From: Mustelus asterias
Lineage: Eukaryota
Reading direction: 5' to 3'
Length of the DNA stretch: 64,000 nucleotides
Assembly: GCF_964213995.1 (NCBI RefSeq)
Contig: NW_027590172.1
Span: 806,001-870,000 of the forward strand
Under the pieces are notes generated by a model. The model saw only the letters and a program-made list of their open reading frames with translations. It was not told the origin of the DNA and did no database searches. The translations under genes were made by a program, and so were the position numbers. Of the stretch, positions 1 through 11,239 are shown piece by piece. Each line of letters begins with the position of its first letter. Position 1 is the stretch's first letter.

Positions 1-61
1 CACAACACCTCCAACCTTTGTGTCATCAGCAAACTTGCCAACCCATCCTTTCACTTCCTCA

Positions 62-937
62 TGGAATTGCGGATAGCGAAGAGCATTGTCGGGCAATACA
101 GCAGGATATAGATAGGCTGGAAAATTGGGCGGAGAGGTGGCAGATGGAATTTAATCCGGATAAATGCGAAGTGATGCATTTTGGAAGAAATAATGTAGGG
201 AGGAGTTATACAATAAATGGCAGAGTCATCAGGAGTATAGAAACACAGAGGGACCTAGGTGTGCAAGTCCACAAATCCTTGAAGGTGGCAACACAGGTGG
301 AGAAGGTGGTGAAGAAGGCATATGGTATGCTTGCCTTTATAGGACGGGGTATAGAGTATAAAAGCTGGAGTCTGATGATGCAGCTGTATAGAACGCTGGT
401 TAGGCCACATTTGGAGTACTGCGTCCAGTTCTGGACGCCGCACTACCAGAAGGACGTGGAGGCATTGGAGAGAGTGCAGAGAAGGTTTACCAGGATGTTG
501 CCTGGTATGGAGGGTCTTAGCTATGAGGAGAGATTGGGTAGACTGGGGTTGTTCTCCTTGGAAAGACAGAGAATGAGGGGAGATCTAATAGAGGTGTACA
601 AGATTATGAAGGGTATAGATAGGGTGAACAGTGGGAAGCTTTTTCCCAGGTCGGAGGTGACGATCACGAGGGGTCATGGGCTCAAGCTGAGAGGGGCGAA
701 GTATAACTCAGACATCAGAGGGACGTTTTTTACACAGAGGGTGGTGGGGGCCTGGAATGCGCTGCCAAGTAGGGTGGTGGAGGCAGGCACGCTGACATCG
801 TTTAAGACTTACCTGGATAGTCACATGAGCAGCCTGGGAATGGAGGGATACAAACGATTGGTCTAGTTGGACCAAGGAGCAGCACAGGCTTGGAGGGCCG
901 AAGGGCCTGTTTCCTGTGCTGTACTGTTCTTTGTTCA
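62..937 (+). mobile_element. CR1 LINE, 5'-truncated young copy (RT C-terminal region + 3' UTR)
   Basis: Open frame GIADSEEHC...QMEFNPDKCEVMHFG...RPHLEYCVQFW...GYKRLV; 3' hairpin ggccgaagggcc and ttctttgttc tail; near-identical to 32335-33542. Confidence 0.93.
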
Positions 938-1150
938 TCCAGGTCATTTATAAAAATCACAAAGAGTAAGGGTCCCAGAACAGATCCCTGGGGCACTCCA
1001 CTGGTGACCGACCTCCATGCAGAATATGACCCGTCTATAACCACTCTTTGCCTTCTGTGGGCAAGCCAGTTCTGGATCCACAAAGCAATGTCCCCTTGGA
1101 TCCCATGCCCCCTCACTTTCTCAATAAGCCTTGCATGGGGCACCTTATCA
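938..1150 (-). mobile_element. CR1 LINE RT fragment (inverted)
   Basis: [16 protein letters not shown]...[23 protein letters not shown] on minus strand. Confidence 0.88.
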
Positions 1151-3105
1151 AGTTTCCAGTTACTGAGAGAGACAAGAGATGAAATTGCTGGGCCTCTCAC
1201 AAAAATCTTTGTTTCTTCATTGGACACAGGTGAGGTCCCAGAGGATTGGAGGATAGCAAATGTGGTCCCGTTATTTAAGAAGGGTAGCAAGGATAACCCG
1301 GGTAATTATAGGCCAGTGAACTTGATGTCCGTGGTAGGGAAATTGTTGGAGAAGATTCTTAGAGATAGGATCTATACACATTTAGAACTGAATAATCTCA
1401 TTAGCGATAGACAACATGGTTTTGTACAAGGGAGGTCATGCCTCATAAATTTGGTTGAGTTTTTTGAGGAGGTGACAAAAATGACTGACGAGGGAAGGGC
1501 CGTGGATGTCGTCGACATGGATTTTAGTAAAGCGTTTGACAACGTCCCTCATGGAAGGCTGGTGCAAAAGGTTAAATCTCATGGGATCAAAGGTGAACCA
1601 GCTAGATGGGTACAGAACTGGCTTAGCCATAGAAGACAGAGGGTAGCAGTGGAGGGGTCTTTTTCTGATTGGAGGTCTGTGACTAGCGGTGTTCTACAGG
1701 GCTCTGTACTGGGACCTCTGCTGTTTGTGATATATATAAATGATTTGGAGGAAGATGTAGCTGGTGTGATCAGTAAGTTTGCGGACGACACAAAGATTGC
1801 TGGAGTTGTGGATTGTGATGAACATTGTCAGAGAATACAGCAGGATATAGATAGGCTGGAAAATTGGGTGGAGAAATGGCAGATGGAATTTAATCCAAAT
1901 AAATGTGAAGTGATGCATTTTGGTAGATCTAATGCAGGGGGGAGCTATACAATAAATGGCAGAACCATCAGGAGTATAGACACACAGAGGGATCTGGGTG
2001 TGCAAGTCCACGATCCTTAAAGGTGGCAGCACAGGTGGAAAAGGTGGTGAAGAAGGCATATGGCATGCTTGCCTTTATTGGGGCATAGAGTATAAAACGT
2101 CTGAGGATCGTGGGATTATATTCATTGGAGTTTAGGAGGTTGAGGGGAGATCTGATAGAAACTTACAAGATAATGAACGGCTTAGATAGGATGGACGTAG
2201 GGAAGTTGTTTCCATTAACAGGGGAGACTAGGACGCGGGGGCACAGCCTTAGAATAAAAGGGAGTCACTTTAGAACAGAGATGAGGAGAAATTTCTTCAG
2301 CCAGAGAGTGGTGGGTCTGTGGAATTCATTGCCACAGAGGGCTGTGGAGGCCGAGACGTTGAGCGTCTTCAAGACAGAAATTGATAAATTCTTGATTTCT
2401 CGAGGAATTAAGGGCTATGGGGAGAGAGCGGGTAAATGGAGTTGAAATCAACCATGATTGAATGGTGGAGTGGACTCGATGGGCCGAATGGCCTTACTTC
2501 CGCTCCTATGTCTTATGGTCTTATGGTCTAAAAGTTGGCACATGGTGTTGCAGTTATATGGAACGTTGGTTCGGCCGCATTTGGAATACTGTGTCCAGTT
2601 CTGGTCACCACACTACCAGAAGGACGCGGAGACTTTGGAGAGAGTACAGAAAAGGTTTACCAGGATGTTGCCTGGTATGGAGGGTATTAGCTATGAGGAG
2701 AGATTGAGTAAACTCGGGTTGTTCTCCCTGGAAAGACGGAGGTTGAGGGGCGACCTAATAGAAGTTTACAAAATTACGAAGGGCATAGATAGGGTGAACA
2801 GTTGGAAGCTTTTTTCCAGGTCAGCAATGACAAACACAAGGGGTCACAAGTTCAAGGTAAGGGGGGCAAGGTTCAATACAGATATGCGGGGGACGTATTT
2901 TACACAGAGGGTGGTGGGGGCCTGGAGTGCACTACCAAGCAAGGTGGTTGAGGCAGACACGCGAGAAACATTTAAGACTCATCTTGATAACCACATGAAC
3001 GACTAGGAATAGAGGGATACAAATGGATGGTCTAGTTGGGAACACATGATCAGCGCAGGCTTGGAGGGCCGAAGGGCCTGTTCCTGTGCTGTACTGTTCT
3101 TTGTG
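1151..3105 (+). mobile_element. CR1 LINE (RT domain), interrupted by a nested CR1 at 2098-2529
   Basis: PGNYRPVNL...DFSKAFD...QGSVLGP...KFADDTK; frame resumes at ~2530 (KSWHMVLQLY); 3' tail at ~3060-3105. Confidence 0.9.
2098..2529 (+). mobile_element. Nested 5'-truncated CR1 of another subfamily
   Basis: GLYSLEFRRLRGDLIETYK...GKWS*, tail (tcttatgg)n; inserted at tataaaa|gttggca of the host with short taaaa duplication. Confidence 0.85.
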
Positions 3106-3534
3106 CTTTAAAATAGACACATGAGTTTCCGGGCAGTCACAGGAATGTGGTCAAGATAGTCCAGTCCCACAATGCCTCACATTCAATCTGCAGTCCTTCA
3201 ATTATAACAGAATATGTGGCTGTATGGAGCTGCCTTGGCCGTGGTCAACCCCAACCCCAAGGGTGCCTTCCTGAACTGCTGCAATGCCTGAGGTGTACGT
3301 ACACCCACATTGCTGTTAGGAAGGGACTTCCAGCTACATATTCCAGACTTTCACTGGACTGTAGGTGAATATCAGATTGATATATTCCATTCAACCACAC
3401 CCAAGGTGTGTTATTCCAATTCCTTTATTGTCCAGGACAATACATTCACAATATCTTTCAAACAGAAATTAAACATTCCCATTTGATTTCAGACAGTAAC
3501 ATATTCTGTTAGTTTGTTCTTTATTGTCAATGTC

Positions 3535-3900
3535 AGGCTGGGGTTGTTTTCCTTGGAGCAAAGGAGGTTGAGGGGAGATTTGATAGATGGGGGACAAGAT
3601 TCTGACAGGTTTAGATAAGGTGGACAAAGAAAAGCTGTTCCCATTAGCTGATGGAACAAGGACGAGGGGGGACACAGATTTCTTGTTTTGGGTTAGAGAT
3701 GCAAGGGAGGGGGGAGTGGGGGGCTGGGGGGGGGGGGGGGGGGGCAGTGGGGTGGGGGGGGAATTGAGGGGGGAGATGTGAGGAAGAATATTCTGATGCA
3801 GTGAATGGTAATGACCTGAAACTCGCTGTCTATGAGGGTGGAGGAAGTGGAGACAATAAACAATTAAAAAGGAAATTGGATGGGCATTTGGGATGTTCCA
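3535..3900 (+). mobile_element. Old CR1 3' fragment with G-rich expansion (3706-3775)
   Basis: LGLFSLEQRRLRGDL...KEKLFPLADGTRTRG remnants. Confidence 0.65.
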
Positions 3901-3902
3901 AA

Positions 3903-4970
3903 CAGAACGAAGAACAAAGAAAATTACAGCACAGAAACAAGCCCTTTGGCCCTCCAAGCCTGCAGCAACCATGCTGCCCGTCTGAACTAAAACCCCCTAC
4001 CTTTCTGGGACCATATCCCTCTATTCCTATGCTATTCATATATTTGTCAAGACACATCTTAAAAGTCACTATCGTATCTGCTTCCACTACCTTCCCCGGC
4101 AACGAGTTCCAGGCACCCACCACCCTCTGTGTAAAAAACCTGCCTTGTACATCTCCTTTAAACCTTGCCCCTCGCACCTTAAACCTATGCCCCCCAGTAA
4201 CTGACTCTTCCACTCTGGGAAAAAGCTTCTGACTATCCACTCTGTCCATGCCCCTCATAATCTTGGAGACTTCTATCAGGTCTCCCCTCAACCTCCGTCA
4301 TTCCAGTGAGAACAGACCAGGTTTCTCCAAACTCTCCTCATAGCTAATGCCCTCCACACCAGGCAACATCCTGATAAATATTTTCCGTACCCTCTCCAAA
4401 GCCTCCACATTTTTCGGGTAGTGTGGTGACCAGAATTGAACACTAGATTCCAAGTGCGGTCAAACTAAGGTTCTATAAAGCTGCAACATGACTTGCCAAT
4501 TTTTAAACTCAATGCCCCGGCCGATGAAGGCAAGCATGCCATATGCTTTCTTGACTACCTTCTCCACCTGCATTACCACTTTCAATGACCTGTGTACCTG
4601 TACACCGAGATCCCTCTGCCTATGAATGCTCTTAAGGGTTCTGCCATTTACTGTATATTTCCATTCTGTATTAGACCTTCCAAAATGCATTACCTCACAT
4701 TTGTCCGGATGTAAACTTCATCTGCCATCTCTCCGCCCAATTCTCCAACTGCTCTATATCCTGCTGTATCCTTTGCCGTTCCCCATCGCTATCCGCAATT
4801 CCACCAACCTTTGTGTCGTCCACAAACTTACCAATCAAACCAGTTACATTTTCCTCCAAATCATTTATATATATTACAAACAGCAAAAGTCCCAGCACTG
4901 ATCCCTGCGGAATGTCACTTGTCACAGCCCTCCATTCAGAAAGGTACCTTTGCACTGCCAACCTCTGTTT
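3903..4970 (-). mobile_element. CR1 LINE, degraded
   Basis: PQGSVLG..., KFVDDTKVGG, RGDLIEV...; frameshifts; 3' tail at ~3905-3960. Confidence 0.88.
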
Positions 4971-5212
4971 TCTTCTGACTAAATATCTCTAAACTTCCTA
5001 ACACCCTGTCACTCTGTGATCCTTGTGACATTTGAAACCAGGTATTTGCAAAAAGACTCAAAGAGCATCAACCCACTGGAGGCTGAGACCAGCCAGTCCA
5101 GCACAAAGAAACCCTCTGACCCTTCCCATTGACCAACTGTGAGAATGAACAAAATGCAATCCTGGATGTAATTGAGAGCAGGAACAATAACAGCAGAATC
5201 CAACCTCTGGAA

Positions 5213-7318
5213 TCACTCGTGAACTTGCTGGTGCCTCAGCAGCCGGGATGAAACGCTGAAACCCTTCCCACACACAGAGCAGGTGAACGGCCTCTCCCCA
5301 GTGTGAACTCGCTCGTGCGTCTGCAGGTTGGATAACTGAGTGAATTCTTGCCCGCACTGAGAGCAGGTGAACGGCCTCTCCCCAGTGTGAACTCGCTGGT
5401 GTGTTTGCAGGTTGGAAAGCTGAGTGAATCCCTTCCCACACTGAGAGCAGGTGAACGGCCTCTCCCCTGTGTGAACTCGCTGGTGTGCCCGCAGGCTGGA
5501 TGACTGAGTGAATCCCTGCCCACACTGAGAGCAGGTGAATGGTTTCTCCCCTGTGTGAACCCGCTGGTGTGTCCGCAGGTCGGATGACCGAGTGAATCCC
5601 TTCCCACACTGAGAGCAGGTGAATGGTCTCTCCCCAGTGTGAACTCGCTGGTGTGTCTGCAGGCTGGATAACCGAGTGAATCCCTTCCCACACTGAGGGC
5701 AGGTGAACGGTCTCTCTCCAGTGTGAACCCGCTGGTGTGTCCGCAGATGGGTTGACCGAGTGAATCCCTTCCCACACTGAGAGCAGGTGAACGGCCTTTC
5801 CCCAGTGTGAACTCGCTGGTGTGTCTGCAGGCTGGATAACTGAGTGAATCCCTTCCCACACTGAGAGCAGGTGAACGGCCTCTCTCCAGTGTGAACTCGC
5901 TGGTGTCTCTGCAGGCTGGATAACTGAATGAATCCCTTCGCACACTGAGAGCAGGTGAATGGTCTCTCTCCGGTGTGAACTCGCTGATGTGTCTGCAAGT
6001 GGGATGACAGAGTGAATCCCTTCTCACATTGAGAGCAGGTGAACGGTCTCTCCCCAGTGTGAACTCGCTGATGTCTCTGCAGGTGGTATGACCGAGTGAA
6101 TCCCTTCGCACACTGAGAGCAGGTGAATGGGGGCTTCTCCCCAGTGTGAACTCGCTGGTGTGCCCGCAGGTCGGATGACCGAGTGAATCCCTTCCCACAC
6201 TGAGAGCAGGTGAACGGCCTCTCCCCAGTGTGAACTCGCTGGTGTGCCTGCAGGTTGGATAACTGATTGAATCCCTTCCCACACTGAGAGCAGGTGAACG
6301 GCCTCTCCCCAGTGTGAATTCGCTGGTGTGTCAGCAGGCTGGATGACCGAGTGAATCCCTCCCCACACTGAGAGCAAGTGAATGGCCTCTCCCCTGTATG
6401 AACTCGCTGGTGTGTCCGCAGCTCGGATAACTGAATGAATCCCTTCCCACACTGAGAGCAGGTGAATGGCCTCTCCCCAGTGTGAACTCGCTGGTGTCTC
6501 TGCAGGCTGGATAACTGAGTGAACCTCTTACCACACTGAGAGCAGGTAAATGGCCTCTCTCCAGTGTGAACTCGCTGGTGTCTCTGCAGGCGGGATGACT
6601 GAGTGAATCCATCCCCACACTGAGAGCAGGTGAACGGCCTCTCCCCAGTGTGAACTCGCTGGTGTATCTGCAGGCTGGATAAATGAGTGAATTCCTTCTC
6701 ACACTGAGAGCAAGTGAACGGCCTCTCTCCAGTGTGAACTCGCTGGTGTCTCTGCAGGTGGGATGACTGAGTGAATCCCTCCCCACATTGAGAACAGGTG
6801 AACGGCCTCTCTCCAGTGTGAACTCGCTGGTGTGACTGCAGGCGGGATGACCGAGTGAATCCCTCCCCACACTGAGAGCAGGTGAATGGCCTCTCCCCAG
6901 TGTGAACTCGCTGGTGTGTCTGCAGGCTGGATAAATAAGTGAATTCCTTCTCACACTGAGAGCAAGTGAACGGCCTCTCTCCAGTGTGAACTCGCTGGTG
7001 TCTCTGCAGGCTGGATATCCGAGTGAATCCCTTCCCACACTGAGAGCAGGTGAAGGGCCTCTCCCCAGTGTGAACTCGCTGGTGTCTCTGCAGGTGGGAT
7101 GACTGAGTGAATCCCTCCCCACATTGAGAGCAGGTGAACGGCCTCTCCCCAGTGTGAACTCGCTGGTGTCTCTGCAGGTTGGATAACTGACTGAATCCCT
7201 TCCCACATTGAGAGCAGATGAACGGCCTCTCCCCAGTGTGGCTGCGCCGATGAGCTTCCAGCTCTGATGGGGTTCCGTATCCCTTCCCACAGTCCGCACA
7301 TTTCCATGGTTTCGCCAT
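5213..7318 (-). CDS. C2H2 zinc-finger protein, 25 tandem fingers, no KRAB/SCAN/SET domain (ZNF-1)
   Basis: 701-aa ORF MAKPWKC...; 25 CxxC-x12-HxxxH units with TGERPF linkers; ATG in accATGg context; splice acceptor upstream at 7670/7671; conserved family 3' UTR follows. Confidence 0.93.
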   Translation of the reverse strand: MAKPWKCADCGKGYGTPSELEAHRRSHTGERPFICSQCGKGFSQLSNLQRHQRVHTGERPFTCSQCGEGFTQSSHLQRHQRVHTGERPFTCSQCGKGFTRISSLQRHQRVHTGERPFTCSQCEKEFTYLSSLQTHQRVHTGERPFTCSQCGEGFTRSSRLQSHQRVHTGERPFTCSQCGEGFTQSSHLQRHQRVHTGERPFTCSQCEKEFTHLSSLQIHQRVHTGERPFTCSQCGDGFTQSSRLQRHQRVHTGERPFTCSQCGKRFTQLSSLQRHQRVHTGERPFTCSQCGKGFIQLSELRTHQRVHTGERPFTCSQCGEGFTRSSSLLTHQRIHTGERPFTCSQCGKGFNQLSNLQAHQRVHTGERPFTCSQCGKGFTRSSDLRAHQRVHTGEKPPFTCSQCAKGFTRSYHLQRHQRVHTGERPFTCSQCEKGFTLSSHLQTHQRVHTGERPFTCSQCAKGFIQLSSLQRHQRVHTGERPFTCSQCGKGFTQLSSLQTHQRVHTGERPFTCSQCGKGFTRSTHLRTHQRVHTGERPFTCPQCGKGFTRLSSLQTHQRVHTGERPFTCSQCGKGFTRSSDLRTHQRVHTGEKPFTCSQCGQGFTQSSSLRAHQRVHTGERPFTCSQCGKGFTQLSNLQTHQRVHTGERPFTCSQCGQEFTQLSNLQTHERVHTGERPFTCSVCGKGFSVSSRLLRHQQVHE

Positions 7319-7511
7319 GGTGCAGGTGTCCTTACCTCACTCTTGAGTGGACAATTAGTTGAAACTTCGTCCACACACAGAACAAGATTACAGTCTCCAC
7401 CTGCTGTGAATGGTGTGATATTTATTCAGACTGTGTAACTGGTGAAAGCTCTTTAGTCAGTGCATTGGAACACACTCACTCGAGTGTGGCAGTGTGTTGA
7501 CGCTTTTTCAC

Positions 7512-7559
7512 TCACACTGACATTTCAAATCTTTTCAAATCGACAGACTGGACAATCAT
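7512..7559 (-). promoter_or_regulatory. 15-codon uORF (MIVQSVDLKRFEMSV*) in ZNF-1 leader, derived from a decayed finger
   Basis: gaaATG...gtgTGA; same start, length and stop as uORFs at 30467-30514 and 39924-39971. Confidence 0.55.
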
Positions 7560-8104
7560 TTCTCCTTCTGGATTCAAAGTCCGATGATATTGAGGTCCCA
7601 AGGAATATGACTCTGTCAGATCTAGACGTGACGTTTGAGATTTCAGCCTGTGATTCCTCTTTCAATATCCTGGAAAATGAGTTTCCAAAAGTCATCAGTG
7701 TCAGTACAGGATAGAAATTCAGAACAGACAATTTCTATGGAACATTCTTTCCTCTCTCATTCAGAGGGTGGGTTCTCCCCCGCATATGCACAGCTTCCCC
7801 TCTCCCTCGCACATTTTGCAGTCCCGGGCGGGGGGAGGGGGAGATCACCGAGCGGCTTCTCGCTCTGGCCAGAGCCGTCAGCCGGTTGCCTGGAAACCTT
7901 GGCTCGATGTGGTGTAGGGGGAGGGGAACAATGGGTGGGGGCGGGGCTCCCGGGTCCGCACGCCCGGGCCTGCACCATGGAACCCGGAGACATCACCGCG
8001 GAGCGCAGTGATTTCTATTGGCTGATTCAGGCAGGGTTCTATCGTAGCGTCACAATGCGGAAGTTGTCCAATGAGCTTCAGAGTGAAATTTCGCTCTCCG
8101 ATCA

Positions 8105-8206
8105 CATTCCATTGTGACGTCACACACTCACCCATTCCATTGTGATGTCACACCCTCACCCATTCCATTGTGACCTCACACTCTCACCCATTCCATTGTG
8201 ACGTCA
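8105..8206. repeat. 28-bp tandem repeat x3.6 carrying CRE/ATF motifs
   Basis: Unit cattccattgtga(c/t)(g/c)tcacac(a/c/t)ctcacc; perfect TGACGTCA in units 1 and 4. Confidence 0.85.
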
Positions 8207-8494
8207 GGGCTTCACTCTCCGATCACAATCCCTGCCGGCCTCCCACATGCAGCCTCAATGGCGGCAGTCAGCCCGGGTCTAACACTACAAGCTGCCGCTC
8301 CATTTGGTACAAAGGGGGGGACCGGGAAGTTCATTTCCGGGGTCTGGGTTTGAACAACATGTTTACAAAGTCTCTCCACCCACTCGCCACATTTATCATT
8401 CCCCGCACGCCGCCCCCTACCTAGTATTGATCTCGCCTCCAAATTAAAACCGCCCGTCTACCCGTCGCCATTACCCGCACTGCGCATGCTTCAG

Positions 8495-8625
8495 GTCCCG
8501 CCCCTCATTCACTCTGATTGATTGGAGGACCAGCCGCTCCCGCTCGGTCCTCCAGTCCCGCCCCTCGTTCACTCCGATTGGTTGGAGGACCAGCCGCTCC
8601 CGCTCGGTCGGCCAGTCCCGCCCCC
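8495..8625. repeat. 60-bp tandem repeat x2.2 (GC box + CCAAT + inverted repeat)
   Basis: gtcccgcccctc.ttcactc.gattg.ttggaggaccagccgctcccgctcggtc..cca repeated at 60-nt spacing. Confidence 0.85.
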
Positions 8626-9112
8626 TCTTCCTATTGGTCCGGAGCTGCCGTCAATCAGTCCCCGGGCATTGTGATGTGGAGCATGCGCAGTGTCATTGCT
8701 GTCCTTGGCGCTTGTTTGTCCCGGAGAAGCGGAGTCAGCGTTAGGCGGTGGCTGGGAGGATTTGGAAACACTTTGTGGATCCGCAAACCCTTCAGAATCA
8801 TTGTCAGCTCCCTGGTTTGCAGCTGCGGGGCTTCTCCCTCCCTCCCTCCCGGGAACAGGCCCAGGTTAACGGCCCCATCCTGGCTCAGCCACTGGAGGAT
8901 GGTTCACATCAGAGGATGGGGGAGGGGGACAATAAATAAGAGGTTACACTTTGGCCTCAAATCAATGAGGACTCTGATCTCTGGGAAGGAAGGAAACCCT
9001 GGGAGGTGGGCGGGGAGGATTCACAAACACCCGCTGGAGGCCCCAACACCCCCAATAAGAGCCATTGGTTTTATTGTCAGTCTGCAGACAGGAGCTGAAG
9101 AACTGAACCCAG

Positions 9113-9396
9113 TAAGAAGTCTCACAACACCAGGTTAAAGTCCAACAGGTTTATTTGGTAGCAAAAGCCACTCGCTTTCGGATCACTGCTCCTTCATCAG
9201 GTGAGTCGGACTTGTGTTCATAAACGGGGCATATATATTGACACAAACTCAATTTACAAGATAATGGTTGGAATGTGAGTCTTTACAGGCAATCAAGTCT
9301 TAAAGGTACAGACAATGTGAGTGGAGAGAGGGTTAAGCACAGGTTAAAGAGATGTGTACTGTCTCCAGCCAGGACAGTTAGTGAGATTTCCACATC
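9113..9396 (-). mobile_element. Penelope-like element terminal (pLTR) fragment with 15-bp TSD
   Basis: Family sequence agtaagaagtctcacaacaccaggttaaagtcc...; TSD aagaactgaacccag at 9098-9112 and 9397-9411; empty site present in paralog at ~29945. Confidence 0.85.
9168..9206 (-). ncRNA. Minimal hammerhead ribozyme motif (degenerate copy)
   Basis: cac CTGATGA a ggagcagtgatcc GAAA gcg a gtg; stem II and U16.1 mutated. Confidence 0.5.
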
Positions 9397-10005
9397 AAGA
9401 ACTGAACCCAGACAGAGGAGAGGGAGGGGGAAAACTGGGAGTGGAGGGAAGAAATGGTGGAGATGTTGAGATGGGTTTGGATTTCAGTCCAGGGGAGGAG
9501 GTAGAGTGTGTGGGACGGGGATTTATAGATTTGGGGGAACAAGAGAGGAAAATATGTTCCAGAGAAACTATGAATTGTCTGTTCAGAATTTCTATCCTGC
9601 ACTGACAGTGATGGTATTTGTAAACTGTTTTTGCAGGGTATTATGAAGCAGGATTTACAGATGTGAAACTCAAACCAAACTTCACATCAAGATCTGTTTC
9701 AGTGATTTGATTCATCAGAAACTGAATATCATCAGCCTTTGTCTACAGAAGGAGAAATGTTCATTCTGTCTGCGGGCAAAGATTTCAAACATCAGTGTGA
9801 CTGAAAAAGCACCTAGACACACAAACACACCTGAGAGTTTCCAATGTGCTGAATGTGGAAAGTGGTTTAACAAGTCTGAAAAATAATCACATCATTCTAA
9901 CTGAGTAGTGACCCGACACACATTCTGTGTAAACGAGGCTTCAACTCATCATCCAACCTGGAGTCACATGAGGACACCCGCACCACAGAGAAACCACTGA
10001 AATGT

Positions 10006-11211
10006 GTGGACTGTGGGAGGGGATTCAATTACCCGTCCGAATTGGATATTCATCATCGCATTCACACTGGAGAGAGGCCGTTCACCTGCTCTGAGTGTGG
10101 GAAAGGATTTGCTTACTCATCCAGCCTCTATACACACCGGCGTGTTCACACTGGTGAGAGGCCATTCACCTGCCTCGAATGTGGGAGGAGATGTCATGCT
10201 TTATCAAGCCTCCTGATTCACCGGCAGGTTCACTCCGATCAGAGACTGTTTCAGTGTTCTGATTGTGAGAAAAGCTTTAAAAGCACAAAGGACCTCCTGA
10301 GACACCAGCGCACTCACATGGCGGTGAGACCGTTCACCTGCTCAGTGTGTGGGAAGGGATTCACTCAGTCATCCCACCTTCTGACACACCAACTTGTTCA
10401 CACTGATCAGAGACCATTTCAATGTTCTGACTGTGAGAAGAGATTTAAAAGTAAAAATGATTTACAAGTCCATCAGCGCACTCACACTGGGGAGAAGCCA
10501 TTCACCTGCTCCGTGTGTGAGAGGAGATTCGGACGTTTATCCCAGCTGCAAACACACCAGCAAGTTCACTCTGATAAGAGACCGTTTCAGTGTTCTGACT
10601 GTGAGAAGAGCTTTAAAAGTAAACAGGATTTGGTGACACACCAGCGAGTTCACACTGGGGAGAAACCGTTCACCTGCTCGGTGTGTGGGATGGGATTCAC
10701 CCATTCATCCCGCCGTCTGAGACACCAGCGAGTTCACACCGGGAAGAAGACATTTATTTGCTCTGTGTGTGGGAAGGGATTCACTGATTCGCCCCACCTT
10801 CTGATACACGAGCGAATTCACACTGGGGAGAAACCCTTCGCTTGCTCCACATGTGGGAAACGATTCACTCAGCCACCCCAGCTCATTGCACATCAACTGG
10901 TCCACACTGATCAGAGACCTTTTAAGTGTTCTGACTGTGAGAAAAGTTTTAAAAGCACGAAGGACCTGCTGAGACACCAGCAAATTCACACTGGGGAGAG
11001 ATCATTCACCTGCTCCATGTGTGGGAAAAGGTTCACTCAGTCATCCCACCTGCTGAGACACCAGCAGGTTCACACAGGAGAGAGATCGTTCACCTGCTCC
11101 GTATGTGGGAAGAGATTTGCTCGGTCAGCCAATCTGCTGAGACACCAGCAAGTTCACAAGTCACTGCAGGGATTGGATTCTGCTGTTGCTGCTAACCCCA
11201 TGCAGGACTGA
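10006..11211 (+). CDS. C2H2 zinc-finger protein, 14 fingers (ZNF-2); family ATG replaced by ACA, start uncertain
   Basis: Frame open from 9901 to 11211 without ATG until 10318; 14 fingers; family stop TGA changed to TCA (11161) extending C-terminus SLQGLDSAVAANPMQD. Confidence 0.78.
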   Translation: MDCGRGFNYPSELDIHHRIHTGERPFTCSECGKGFAYSSSLYTHRRVHTGERPFTCLECGRRCHALSSLLIHRQVHSDQRLFQCSDCEKSFKSTKDLLRHQRTHMAVRPFTCSVCGKGFTQSSHLLTHQLVHTDQRPFQCSDCEKRFKSKNDLQVHQRTHTGEKPFTCSVCERRFGRLSQLQTHQQVHSDKRPFQCSDCEKSFKSKQDLVTHQRVHTGEKPFTCSVCGMGFTHSSRRLRHQRVHTGKKTFICSVCGKGFTDSPHLLIHERIHTGEKPFACSTCGKRFTQPPQLIAHQLVHTDQRPFKCSDCEKSFKSTKDLLRHQQIHTGERSFTCSMCGKRFTQSSHLLRHQQVHTGERSFTCSVCGKRFARSANLLRHQQVHKSLQGLDSAVAANPMQD

Positions 11212-11239
11212 ATCATGTTCATTCTGTTATTAAGGAGGC

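Larger units (their letters stand above)
7800..8760. promoter_or_regulatory. CpG-island bidirectional promoter between ZNF-1 (-) and ZNF-2 (+)
   Basis: High CpG; YY1-like caatggcggc (~8256), NRF1-like tgcgcatgc (8481) and gcatgcgca (8681), CRE TGACGTCA, GC boxes, several ATTGG CCAAT boxes. Confidence 0.8.

Noticed and set aside
5213-7318. Calling ZNF-1 PRDM9
   Set aside because: No KRAB, SSXRD or PR/SET exons between its promoter and array; only the evolutionary pattern is similar
5058-7374. Long alternative-frame ORFs (295, 348, 347 aa) overlapping ZNF-1, and similar ones in other ZNFs
   Set aside because: Expected shadows of the repeated 84-bp finger unit; no independent coding evidence
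8518-9138. 206-aa ORF here and 316-aa ORF at 29396-30346 as N-terminal effector domains
   Set aside because: GC-rich promoter/intron sequence with non-ATG starts that runs into TEs; similarity is explained by DNA-level identity
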